From: Clostridia bacterium
GTDB lineage: Bacteria > Bacillota > Clostridia > UBA1212 > DUPL01
Length of the DNA stretch: 64,000 nucleotides
Direction: 5' to 3'
Assembly (NCBI GenBank): GCA_050951325.1
Contig: JBMNIW010000012.1
Span: forward strand, 32,001 to 96,000
Shown here one piece after another: positions 31,478 to 40,378 of this stretch (the stretch's first letter is position 1; each line of letters starts with the position of its first letter). The translations under genes were made by a program, and so were the position numbers. A model generated the notes under the pieces. That model saw only the letters and a program-made list of their open reading frames with translations, searched no databases and was not told the origin of the DNA.

Positions 31478-33943
31478 ATGAAGGACAAAATACTAGTACT
31501 GAATGACAACCCACAAGAGCAAAACATTATCAAAAACGTACTTGGCGAGTATGAAATACTTGTTGCACAAAGCTACGATAAAGCCTTGGAGTTTCTTAAG
31601 AAATACAGCAATATCAAGCTCGTATTTGTAGATATAAGCAGTCGGCACTTAAACGGTTTCAAATTGCTTTCGGATATGTACCAGTATCCAGGTCCTCAAT
31701 CTATAATTCTGGCAGAAACCACCGACATAGAAAATGTAAAAGAGGGAATGAAACTTGGTGCCTTAAGCTACATGTTCAGACCCCTTGATGGCGATGCCCT
31801 CAAATCTGTCATGGAAGTACATATAGAAAAGATTGACGAATATGGCTTTAAGATTTTCAATCCCAGAAGGGCTTTTGATGCTGTATTTGATACTGCACCT
31901 ATCGGGATTGCAATGACTCTTGGAAAATGCCCCTTTGTTGATATCAACTATAAATTCCTGAGGACAAACTCTAAATTTGAGCAAATTACCGGTAGAAAGA
32001 AAGAGGAACTTTTAAGCCTTGGCTGGAAGGATATAATTACTCCTGAAGATTTCGACGAGGAAGTTGAAAACTGTTTGAAAATACATTCTGGCAACTGCAC
32101 CATTGAAAAAAGAATCAGAAAAACAGACGGCAGCCTCGCATGGGTCAAGATGTTCGTGGTTTCCATATCCAACGTATTCAGCAGCATCCCAAGCCACATC
32201 TGCTTCGTACAGGATATTACTGCCGAGAAAATGATAGAATACAACCTTATCGAGAGTGAGCGCAGCAAGGAAGTTCTTCTAACCCATTTGCCCGGTCTTG
32301 CTTTCAGATGCCTTAATGATGAAAATCGGACGATGCTGTTTGTTTCAAACGGCTCTTATGAGCTTACGGGATACTATCCTGAAAGCCTGCTGAACAATAG
32401 AGATCTTTCATATAACGATCTGATTGCTCCTGAATACAGGGACAGACTCAGAAACGAGTGGGACCGCTGTATAAAAAATCACGAAACCTTCAAACATGAG
32501 TATGAAATAATCACAGCCAAAGGAGAAAGAAAGTGGGTTATTGAAATGGGGCAGCCCATCTACAATGACCAAGGCGAACCCGAAGCCCTGGAAGGCATAG
32601 TGCTTGACATAACCGACAGAAAGTCTGTTGAACTTAATCTCCGCTACTATTTCGAACACGACAGATGGACGCATTTAAAGAACAGAAATGTCCTGGAAAA
32701 ACATCTGTACGAAGATTACATGAAAGGCGAGACGGTCAAGAGAGCTGTGGTTGGTGTAAACCTTGGCGCCATGTATTTCATAACATTGTCTCACGGTTTT
32801 CATTACACCCAGGAATATGTAAGAAACATAGCAAGAGCGCTGGAATCTCTCTGTACCGATAACATTACCCTTTACAACACTTATGAGTATCGCTTTGTGT
32901 TTTATATAAAGGGATACAAGGACAAGGATGAAATTGCCCTGTTTTGCGAAAAGATAAAGAGCACACTGGATTCCGTGCTTGGTGTTGAGAGAATAGGCGG
33001 CGGCATTGGCGTTGTGGAAATTGACAAGGATAACGAATACAATGTGGATCTGATTCTTAGAAACCTTCTCATAGCATCAGAAAGAGCTGTCAACGGAAAA
33101 CCTACCGAGTTTGAGTACTGCTTCTTTGATGTGGAGATGGAAGTTCAGATGAACCGCGAAAAGGACATACAGAATGACCTGAACAAGATTGCAACTACCA
33201 ACAGGAATGATGACAATCTGTTCCTTCTTTATCAACCCATTATTGACCTTTCTTCAAATAAAATCTATGGGTTTGAAGCACTGTCAAGGTTGAATACCAA
33301 AAAGTACGGAGTAGTTCCACCCCTGGAGTTCATTAATATTGCAGAAAAAACAAGATTGATTATCCCCATTGGCGTTAAGATAATCCGCAAGGCTTTTGGA
33401 TTCCTTAAGAAGCTTGAGAATATGGGATATGGAAATGTTAATATTTCAATAAACATATCTGCAATCCAGCTTATATACAGTGATTTTGCACAAGTTGTAA
33501 TGAACATTATTGATGAGATGGAGATTTCTCCTGACAATATTACTTTTGAAATAACAGAGTCAGTTTACGTTGCCAATTACGATAAGGTAAACGAAATAAT
33601 TGGGCAGCTTAGATTGATAGGAATCCATATTGCCATTGATGATTTTGGCAAAGGATATTCCTCCCTTGCAGCAGAACTTGGTCTTCAGGCCAACTGTTTG
33701 AAAATAGACAAGTTCTTTATTGATTCCATCATGACAACGGATCCGGACAAGGCTATTACCAGCGATATAATTTCCATGGCTCATAAGCTTGGGCACTATG
33801 TTATAGCAGAAGGAGTTGAGCATGAATTACAAAAAAAGTATCTCGTTAACTGTGGTTGTGAAAAAGTTCAAGGATTTTTGTTCAGTAAACCTGTAAACAA
33901 GGATGAGGCGATTAGTCTTTTAATGGAGATGGGCACCGTTTAA
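31478..33943 (+). CDS. REC-PAS-PAS-GGDEF(degenerate)-EAL signalling protein
   Basis: N-terminal receiver; PAS/PAC; EAL motifs FEALSR, FEITE, IDDFGKGYSS, AEGVE; GGDEF position reads YEYRF. Confidence 0.9.
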   Translation: MKDKILVLNDNPQEQNIIKNVLGEYEILVAQSYDKALEFLKKYSNIKLVFVDISSRHLNGFKLLSDMYQYPGPQSIILAETTDIENVKEGMKLGALSYMFRPLDGDALKSVMEVHIEKIDEYGFKIFNPRRAFDAVFDTAPIGIAMTLGKCPFVDINYKFLRTNSKFEQITGRKKEELLSLGWKDIITPEDFDEEVENCLKIHSGNCTIEKRIRKTDGSLAWVKMFVVSISNVFSSIPSHICFVQDITAEKMIEYNLIESERSKEVLLTHLPGLAFRCLNDENRTMLFVSNGSYELTGYYPESLLNNRDLSYNDLIAPEYRDRLRNEWDRCIKNHETFKHEYEIITAKGERKWVIEMGQPIYNDQGEPEALEGIVLDITDRKSVELNLRYYFEHDRWTHLKNRNVLEKHLYEDYMKGETVKRAVVGVNLGAMYFITLSHGFHYTQEYVRNIARALESLCTDNITLYNTYEYRFVFYIKGYKDKDEIALFCEKIKSTLDSVLGVERIGGGIGVVEIDKDNEYNVDLILRNLLIASERAVNGKPTEFEYCFFDVEMEVQMNREKDIQNDLNKIATTNRNDDNLFLLYQPIIDLSSNKIYGFEALSRLNTKKYGVVPPLEFINIAEKTRLIIPIGVKIIRKAFGFLKKLENMGYGNVNISINISAIQLIYSDFAQVVMNIIDEMEISPDNITFEITESVYVANYDKVNEIIGQLRLIGIHIAIDDFGKGYSSLAAELGLQANCLKIDKFFIDSIMTTDPDKAITSDIISMAHKLGHYVIAEGVEHELQKKYLVNCGCEKVQGFLFSKPVNKDEAISLLMEMGTV

Positions 33944-33959
33944 GCGGTGCCCTTAACAT

Positions 33960-35238
33960 TTATCCTATTACCTCTTTACCACCCATGTACATTCTCAATG
34001 GCTCAGGTATTCTAATCGTACCGTCTTCGTTGAGGTTGTTCTCAAGAAATGCAATGAGCATTCTTGGTGGAGCAACAACAGTGTTATTCAAAGTATGGGC
34101 AAAATAGTTACCATCCTTGCCTCTTACACGAATTCCAAGCCTTCTTGCCTGAGCATCACTCAGATTGGAGCAGCTTCCAACCTCAAAGTATTTCTGCTGC
34201 CTTGGAGACCAGGCTTCCACGTCTACACTCTTAACTTTAAGGTCTGCAAGGTCGCCGGAGCAGCATTCCAGAACCCTTACAGGGATGTCTAGAGTTCTGA
34301 AGAACTCTACCGCATACTGCCAGAGTTTGTCAAACCACGCTTTACTGTCCTCAGGCTTGCAGACAACAACCATTTCCTGCTTTTCGAACTGATGGATTCT
34401 GTATACTCCCCTCTCCTCTATGCCATGAGCTCCTACTTCCTTTCTGAAGCAGGGTGAATAGCTGGTAAGCGTTTGAGGAAGGGATTCTTCATCAAGTATT
34501 GTGTCTATAAACTTGCCTATCATGGAGTGCTCGCTTGTACCTATTAAATACAAGTCTTCTCCTTCAATCTTGTACATCATGTTTTCCATCTCGGCAAAGC
34601 TCATGACTCCACTGACCACATTGCCGCGTATCATGAAGGGCGGAATGTAGTAGGTAAAGCCTTTGTCTATCATGAAGTCTCTTGCATAGGCAAGTACAGC
34701 TGAATGCAGTCTTGCAATATCTCCTTTTAGATAATAAAAGCCGTGGCCGGATGTCTTTCTTGCAGCTGTCCAGGTCAATACCGTCAAGCCTCTCCATTAT
34801 GTCCACATGGTATGGAATCTCAAAATCAGGCACAACCGGTTCGCCAAAACGCTCCACTTCCACATTCTCAGAATCATCCTTGCCTATGGGTACCGTATCA
34901 TCTATGATATTGGGAATCTGAAGCATTATCTCCTGGACTTTTTCAAAGTATTCCTTCTCAAGTCTTTCCGACTCTTCCAATTGCTTTGCCATTTTTCCAA
35001 TCTGGCTCTTTATCTTTTCTGCTTCTTCTCTTTTTCCTTCCCTCATCAATGTGCCTATTTGCTTGCTTATTGTGTTTCTTTCACTTCTTAAATTGTCGCT
35101 TCTTAATTTTGCTTCTCTGTATTTGGCGTCAAGTTCAATTACTTCATCTACCAGAGGAAGCTTTTCAAATTGGAACTTCTTTTTAATGTTTTCTCTTACC
35201 AAATCAGGATCTTTTCTTATCAATCTAATATCTATCAT
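33960..35238 (-). CDS. serS: Serine--tRNA ligase, with +1 frameshift near 34765 (probable assembly error)
   Basis: MIDIRLIR...; LIGTSEH, FRKEVG, HQFEKQE, EVGSCSN, HTLNNT; removing one base at GACAGCTGCA restores DSARKTSG. Confidence 0.95.
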
Positions 35239-35254
35239 TTAAAAACCTCCTTGA

Positions 35255-35475
35255 GATAAAAATAACCTTCAATCCCGAAAATGGGACGGAAGGTTCCGCG
35301 TTGCCACCCAAATTGTCATAAATGTATTATGACCACTTGCACGGTACTTTAAAGGGTACCAACCTTCAGCTTTCACTGATTGCTCGAGAAGTGGAAAGGT
35401 TTGTGTTCTTTCCGACTTGCACCAACCGTCGGCTCTCTTTGAAGAAGGGACAAACCATTTTCTTCCGTCATAGCA
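35255..35475 (-). promoter_or_regulatory. T-box riboswitch leader (Ser)
   Basis: Minus strand: AGAGA and GGTG stem I motifs, probable TCC specifier, T-box GGGTGGCAACGCG, then terminator AACCTTC...GAAGGTTATTTTT, upstream of serS. Confidence 0.9.
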
Positions 35476-35596
35476 AACAAACTTATTTCTTTTGGATGAT
35501 TATATATCATTTTGGAGAAATAATCAAGTTAATAAAAAGGACCACATTAAGGGATAAGTTACTAGGATTTGATGGATCATACGTGCCTTTTGCATT

Positions 35597-36438
35597 GCTT
35601 ACGTCCCCATACAGGGATAGATTGCGACTGCGGCCAACAAAGAGAAGAGTAATTACCGTCCCCGCGTGGGGATAGATTGCGACGCAGGCTTCCGTGCGAT
35701 GACGCAGAAAATACAATTACCGTCCCCGCGTGGGGATAGATTGCGACACGAAGGACGTGATCCTCAAAGCTAGGGCAGGAGGGATTACCGTCCCCGCGTG
35801 GGGATAGATTGCGACGAGACATGTTTTGCAATCCTGGTTTGCATTACCGTCCCCGCGTGGGGATAGATTGCGACCATAACCGTAGTCCTACAGATGAAGG
35901 TTACAATAATTACCGTCCCCGCGTGGGGATAGATTGCGACATGAATAGCGTTTGACTTCTCCATTCTTTGGCGAGATTACCGTCCCCGCGTGGGGATAGA
36001 TTGCGACTGAATAGCGCTTATTCTCATATATCTTTGGGGATTACCGTCCCCGCGTGGGGATAGATTGCGACCAACTAGGGCGGAGCAGGCGTTATATCAA
36101 GATACCGTCCCCGCGTGATAGATTGCGCTACCAGCTGACAATAGACAGCGGCTACTTATTACCGTCCCCGCGTGGGGATAGATTGCGACTAAACCACCTG
36201 TTTCGTAAATAAAGTTGTCGCCCGCGTGGGGATAGATTGCGACTGTATCTAAGTACTGGAATTAATTTGGTCATTACCGTCCCCGCGTGGGGATAGATTG
36301 CGACTAATCTCTGCGTTTATTGTCGTTTACCACGTCTCGATTACCGTCCCCGCGTGGGGATAGATTGCGACGAATGAGCACATGCCAGGACGAACAATTC
36401 CCAATCATTACCGTCCCCGCGTGGGGATAGATTGCGAC
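35597..36438 (-). CRISPR. CRISPR array, 14 repeats / 13 spacers, 32-bp repeat GTCGCAATCTATCCCCACGCGGGGACGGTAAT; no cas genes in window
   Basis: Repeats at 35597 (degenerate trailer), 35652, 35716, 35784, 35843, 35909, 35976, 36040, 36102 (indels), 36158, about 36217 (truncated), 36273, 36340, 36407; CCCC/GGGG hairpin; spacers about 23-36 bp. Confidence 0.97.
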
Positions 36439-36620
36439 AGCGGCTGAAAAAAGGCCCCTTTTTTCTTATTATACAATGCTTTTTTATTGTCAAAGTGCGA
36501 ACCTAGGTTTTTTAGTATAAAAAACTTGCAAGATTTTGAGCAAAAACACCACAAATGCACTAATTACATATGGTGCGAATCCCCTAGGGTTTTCATGATC
36601 ACTTCATATTCGCACTCTAT
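36439..36620 (-). promoter_or_regulatory. CRISPR leader
   Basis: AT-rich; minus-strand TTGACA (36488-36493) and TATAAT (36468-36473), only 14 bp apart across a T-run; GTGCGAA/TTCGCAC repeats. Confidence 0.7.
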
Positions 36621-36870
36621 GTTTCCTATCATGATAATTAGAATACCATCATACTGCTCAATTTGCAATTGCTGTGTTTGTTAAGAATAGTGCCTTACAA
36701 AATTCCAATGCTGTCAGAATATACTTGCTTAATCCAAGAACCATGGTTTTTATGTAAACCAATATATTCTCATTTTCATCTCTGACATTATTTTTATCCG
36801 TCTTGTTGCAGTATCATTCATGGTCAAATAATGCTGACCTTAGTACTAGCAAATCCGTATTATTATCTTA

Positions 36871-37028
36871 ATAATCTGCCCCGTATGGGGATAGCTTGCA
36901 ACGAACAAATCACACAAAAATATATATTTTGCATCGTTACCGTCCCCTCGTGGGGATGAGTTGCGACATAAGTATTCAGAGACAGTAGATAACTTTTTTT
37001 GTTATCGTTACCGTTTGGGGAGGTTGTC
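36871..37028 (-). CRISPR. Divergent CRISPR mini-array (3 repeats, 2 spacers)
   Basis: Degenerate repeat 36871-36902, GTTACCGTCCCCTCGTGGGGATGAGTTGCGAC 36936-36967, partial repeat from 37007; spacers 33 and 39 bp. Confidence 0.75.
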
Positions 37029-37869
37029 AATGTACTACTCTTAAAATACCATCATGCTCTTCAATTTGCAAGAAGAAGGGTCTTTCCTGTGTCAGGGTGT
37101 TTGGCCTATGGAAAGTGAGCATGAGGTTTCCATTAAGGTCTTTAAAAATCATTGCATGACCGCCATCATCCTTGTATAGTGGTTTGTCAACATGAATAAA
37201 GGGTTCGTTAATTCCATTTGTAGACTTTGCCATGCCTATGGTATAACCTGTGTCAGAAAAACTTGACCATATCAGTATAAGTGAGCTATCGCTCATCTTG
37301 TATATAAATGGACCATCGGTTACATAACTGTCACCATTAATGGGACTTATCCAAGGCGCTTCTGAAGCGGTTAAGATTGTCCTTGGTTCTGAAACAGCTT
37401 CTTTCAGATCACCACTTAACTGCACCAAACAAAAAGTCCCGTCTTTTATTTGCACCCACTCATGGGCAAATATTGAGTAAGGTATACCCTCTTCCACGTA
37501 AAACGTTCCATCCAGACACTCCCAGTTTCTTGGAGTGTAAGGCTCATCTGTAAGGGGTTTGTAGGGTCCTTCTACTTTGTCAGCTACAAGTATCTGGGTT
37601 CCTCTGCACTTTGCTTCTGACTTGAAGCTGGCAAACATGTAGTATTTGCCTTTGTATTTGTGAACTTCAGGTGCCCAGAAATCCCTGTCAGACCAAAATC
37701 CTTCAGGAGGATCGAAAGCTATAATTGGCTCTTCAAATTCTTCAAGGTCTTTACTTTTCCATACGAGGAATTTCTGCTTCTTGAGGCTCATGGTTGTACC
37801 AAACATGTAGTATGTATCGTCTTCTACCAAGACAAATGGATCCCGCACATTAATATCCGTCCTCTTCAT
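37027..37869 (-). CDS. Glycoside hydrolase family 43
   Basis: NVRDPFVL, DFWAPEVH, ECLDGT, VTDGPF, GGHAMIF. Confidence 0.92.
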   Translation of the reverse strand: MKRTDINVRDPFVLVEDDTYYMFGTTMSLKKQKFLVWKSKDLEEFEEPIIAFDPPEGFWSDRDFWAPEVHKYKGKYYMFASFKSEAKCRGTQILVADKVEGPYKPLTDEPYTPRNWECLDGTFYVEEGIPYSIFAHEWVQIKDGTFCLVQLSGDLKEAVSEPRTILTASEAPWISPINGDSYVTDGPFIYKMSDSSLILIWSSFSDTGYTIGMAKSTNGINEPFIHVDKPLYKDDGGHAMIFKDLNGNLMLTFHRPNTLTQERPFFLQIEEHDGILRVVH

Positions 37870-38052
37870 TATATATCACCTTCCTGGTTGTTCTGTATTA
37901 TTGGAGCTTCCTCTATTCTTTCATCGTTGTAGCTGCCAACAACTGTCCTTTTACATCTCCAGAATGTATTTGACGATACTATGCTTCCCCTTGAGTTGTC
38001 TATTACTATCGCATCATGAGTTATATCATTGAAAGCATTTCCTGTGATATTG
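37869..38052 (-). pseudogene. C-terminal part of the beta-helix gene split by IS4
   Basis: NITGNAFNDITHDAIVIDNSRGSIVSSNTFW...QEGDI*; stop overlaps the GH43 start. Confidence 0.7.
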
Positions 38053-39643
38053 TTAAATTTTAAATATTATTTAATACTCTCGATTTTGCTAGAAATGGGG
38101 AGTATAAGATGTTAAAATTATTATCTAAGATTAGATTAGAAAAAGACCTGGAGTATGCGCAGAAAGAAGAGTTCAAAAAAACATATAGGCAAAAAAGCAC
38201 TGACTTCACAAGAAAAAGGAAGTTAACTATGTTTGATATCATTCTATCTACCATTACTCGAGTTGGTTTTTCATTGAAACTTGAAATCAGGAGATATTTA
38301 AAGATGAAACAAGATGACAAAACTGTATCAAAAGTAGCGTATTTAAAACAACGTTTAAAGCTTGATCCCAAAGCTTTTCTCGCTTTGAATAGCTTTCATT
38401 TAAAGAATTTCTACAACGAAGAGACAGCAAGAACAATTAAGAATTATTTAGTTCTCGCTGTTGACGGTAGTAATATTACTATACCCACAAATAAAGAAAC
38501 TCTAGAATTATATGGTAACTCCTCGGTGCCATCTGCAAAGCCTACTGCACAGATTGGTCTTTCTTGTATATACGATGTGTGTAATGAATTTATTTTAGAT
38601 ATATCTATTAACAGGAATAATTTTGACGAACGTGCTGCTGCCGAGAAGAATATTGATAACATTGCTGAAATTATTGAAGACAAAGCCTTTATCGTTTTGT
38701 TTGATAGAGGTTATCCTTCAATTGAAAATATGCTTAATCGATTCGAGAAGGGACAAAAATTTCTCATGAGGTTAAGCTCTTCGCAGTTCAAAAGAGAGCA
38801 ATCGTCTATGACTTTCGATGATGAAATTATTGAGATAAAATTTGATCAGACCCGTATTAACCCTTATCGAAATACAAAGTTTGCAGAGAAACTACGTACT
38901 GTTGGTTCTATGTTTGTAAGATTTGTACGCGTGCATTTATCTTCCGGTGAAACTGAGTATCTTGCTACTAATTTAAGCCAAGAAGAGTTCAATACCAAAG
39001 AAATTTCGGACTTGTATTTTATGCGATGGGCAATAGAAACAGTATATGATACCTTAAAAAACAAATTAGTAATCGAAAATTTTACAGGAACAAAACCGTT
39101 ACTTATAGAACAAGATATATATGCGACAGTATATCTGTGTAACATTATCCAAGATGTTATTCGAGATGCCGAAGAATCGTTAAAGCGTGAGGGAAAACTT
39201 AACAAATACAAACATGTTATGACTATAAATAAAAACTTCGCAATCGGAGTAATGAGGGATGAACTAATAGGATTTGTAGCAACTGATAGTGATGTTGAAC
39301 GCAGAATCTTATTCGAGAAAGTCATAAAAGAAATACAATCAGAACTTATACCTGTAAGAAAAGGGCGTTCTTTCAACAGACACAAAAATGCAAAAAGCAA
39401 GAGGTTCTTTAATAATATTAAAAGAAACTCCTAGTTTTCCATATTCCTAATATTTACATAGCAAGAGTTATTGTTATAAACTATAACTTAACTTTTTTAT
39501 GTCATTTTTTAAATCTGTAACAAGACAAAGATAAAGTGTATTAGAAGGATCAATAAAATACCGTGCCAGTTAATTTAAGATTTGAAATAAACTAAGAGAT
39601 CGCAACAAAACATGTATTGCGATCTCTTAAGTTAATGACATTG
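38053..39643 (+). mobile_element. IS4-family element lacking a recognisable left TIR
   Basis: Right end TCTTAAGTTAATGACATTG with preceding hairpin; no matching end or TSD on the left. Confidence 0.8.
38109..39434 (+). CDS. IS4-family DDE transposase
   Basis: LAVDGS, LFDRGYPS, LYFMRWAIETVYDTLK (YREK motif). Confidence 0.95.
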   Translation: MLKLLSKIRLEKDLEYAQKEEFKKTYRQKSTDFTRKRKLTMFDIILSTITRVGFSLKLEIRRYLKMKQDDKTVSKVAYLKQRLKLDPKAFLALNSFHLKNFYNEETARTIKNYLVLAVDGSNITIPTNKETLELYGNSSVPSAKPTAQIGLSCIYDVCNEFILDISINRNNFDERAAAEKNIDNIAEIIEDKAFIVLFDRGYPSIENMLNRFEKGQKFLMRLSSSQFKREQSSMTFDDEIIEIKFDQTRINPYRNTKFAEKLRTVGSMFVRFVRVHLSSGETEYLATNLSQEEFNTKEISDLYFMRWAIETVYDTLKNKLVIENFTGTKPLLIEQDIYATVYLCNIIQDVIRDAEESLKREGKLNKYKHVMTINKNFAIGVMRDELIGFVATDSDVERRILFEKVIKEIQSELIPVRKGRSFNRHKNAKSKRFFNNIKRNS

Positions 39644-40378
39644 GCAGATGCCCTGCATTTTGGGGTCGATTAGTATTGAGACTTTGCTTGACTGGTCTAA
39701 CATGTTGTTTGATATGTCAAGATGCAGTATGGAGTTAACCGTTATCTGCTCCTTGCCTGTATTCAGAAACATGTTTCTTGCTACCTTGAGTCCCTCAGGC
39801 CTGTTGTTCTCTGAAGAGTTTATCAAAAGTCCTTTTCCAGTACCATATATTCTGCAGTCAAATATATTGCTGTTAATATTTATCTTCCCAGGTATCGTAG
39901 TACAGTTTATTGAATAGCTTTCAGGCTCTGCATTTTCAAATGCACAATTCACAATATCTGTATACGATCCATTGAATATGAGCATGGTGCTTATATTGCC
40001 TGTGATGTTTGAAAAACTGCATCCATACAAATCATGTCCAAAACCGTCATCAAGATACAAACAGCTTCCTGATTTTCCTTCATGTCTAAAAGAAACTTCC
40101 TTTATCTTGACTTTCCCGTCAGTATTGGTTCTTGCCATGTCTATATCATCGTCGGTATAGATTACCGAGTTGCCTGTTCCCTGTATGACAAGCAGCTTAT
40201 TGGATTCCTTGCTCCCTATACACAAGGTATTCCTTACTCTGTAGGTGCCTGAGGGCAGGTAGCAGACCTGCTTTGTCCTTTGAGCTTCCTTCATGCATTC
40301 ATTCAGGGCAGCTGTATCATCCGCCCTGCCATCGCCTGTTGCTCCATAATCCTTAAAATTCAAATAGCTTTCGAGCAT
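39644..40378 (-). pseudogene. Beta-helix (Pectate_lyase_3-like) protein, N-terminal part, IS4-interrupted
   Basis: NFKDYGATGDGRADDT; RPEGLKV...ILHLDIS shared with 16474-17739; ORF runs into the IS end. Confidence 0.8.

Noticed and set aside
34741-34790. Programmed frameshift in serS (and in mnmA near 53372)
   Set aside because: No slippery sequence or stimulatory structure; similar single-base indels occur throughout the window, so assembly error is simpler.
35322-35831. ORFs over the T-box and CRISPR array
   Set aside because: They are translations of regulatory RNA and repeats (recurrent RRNLSPRGDGN).
35629-36406. Self-targeting spacers
   Set aside because: No match within the window noticed by eye; not excluded without alignment.
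36620-36870. Possible cas1/cas2 remnant between leader and mini-array
   Set aside because: No convincing Cas motif in the frames I could read; needs a profile search.
30050-39643. A single transposition event inserting the whole 9.6-kb segment
   Set aside because: No shared TSD, and the beta-helix gene halves flank the IS4 body, so the interval is native chromosome.
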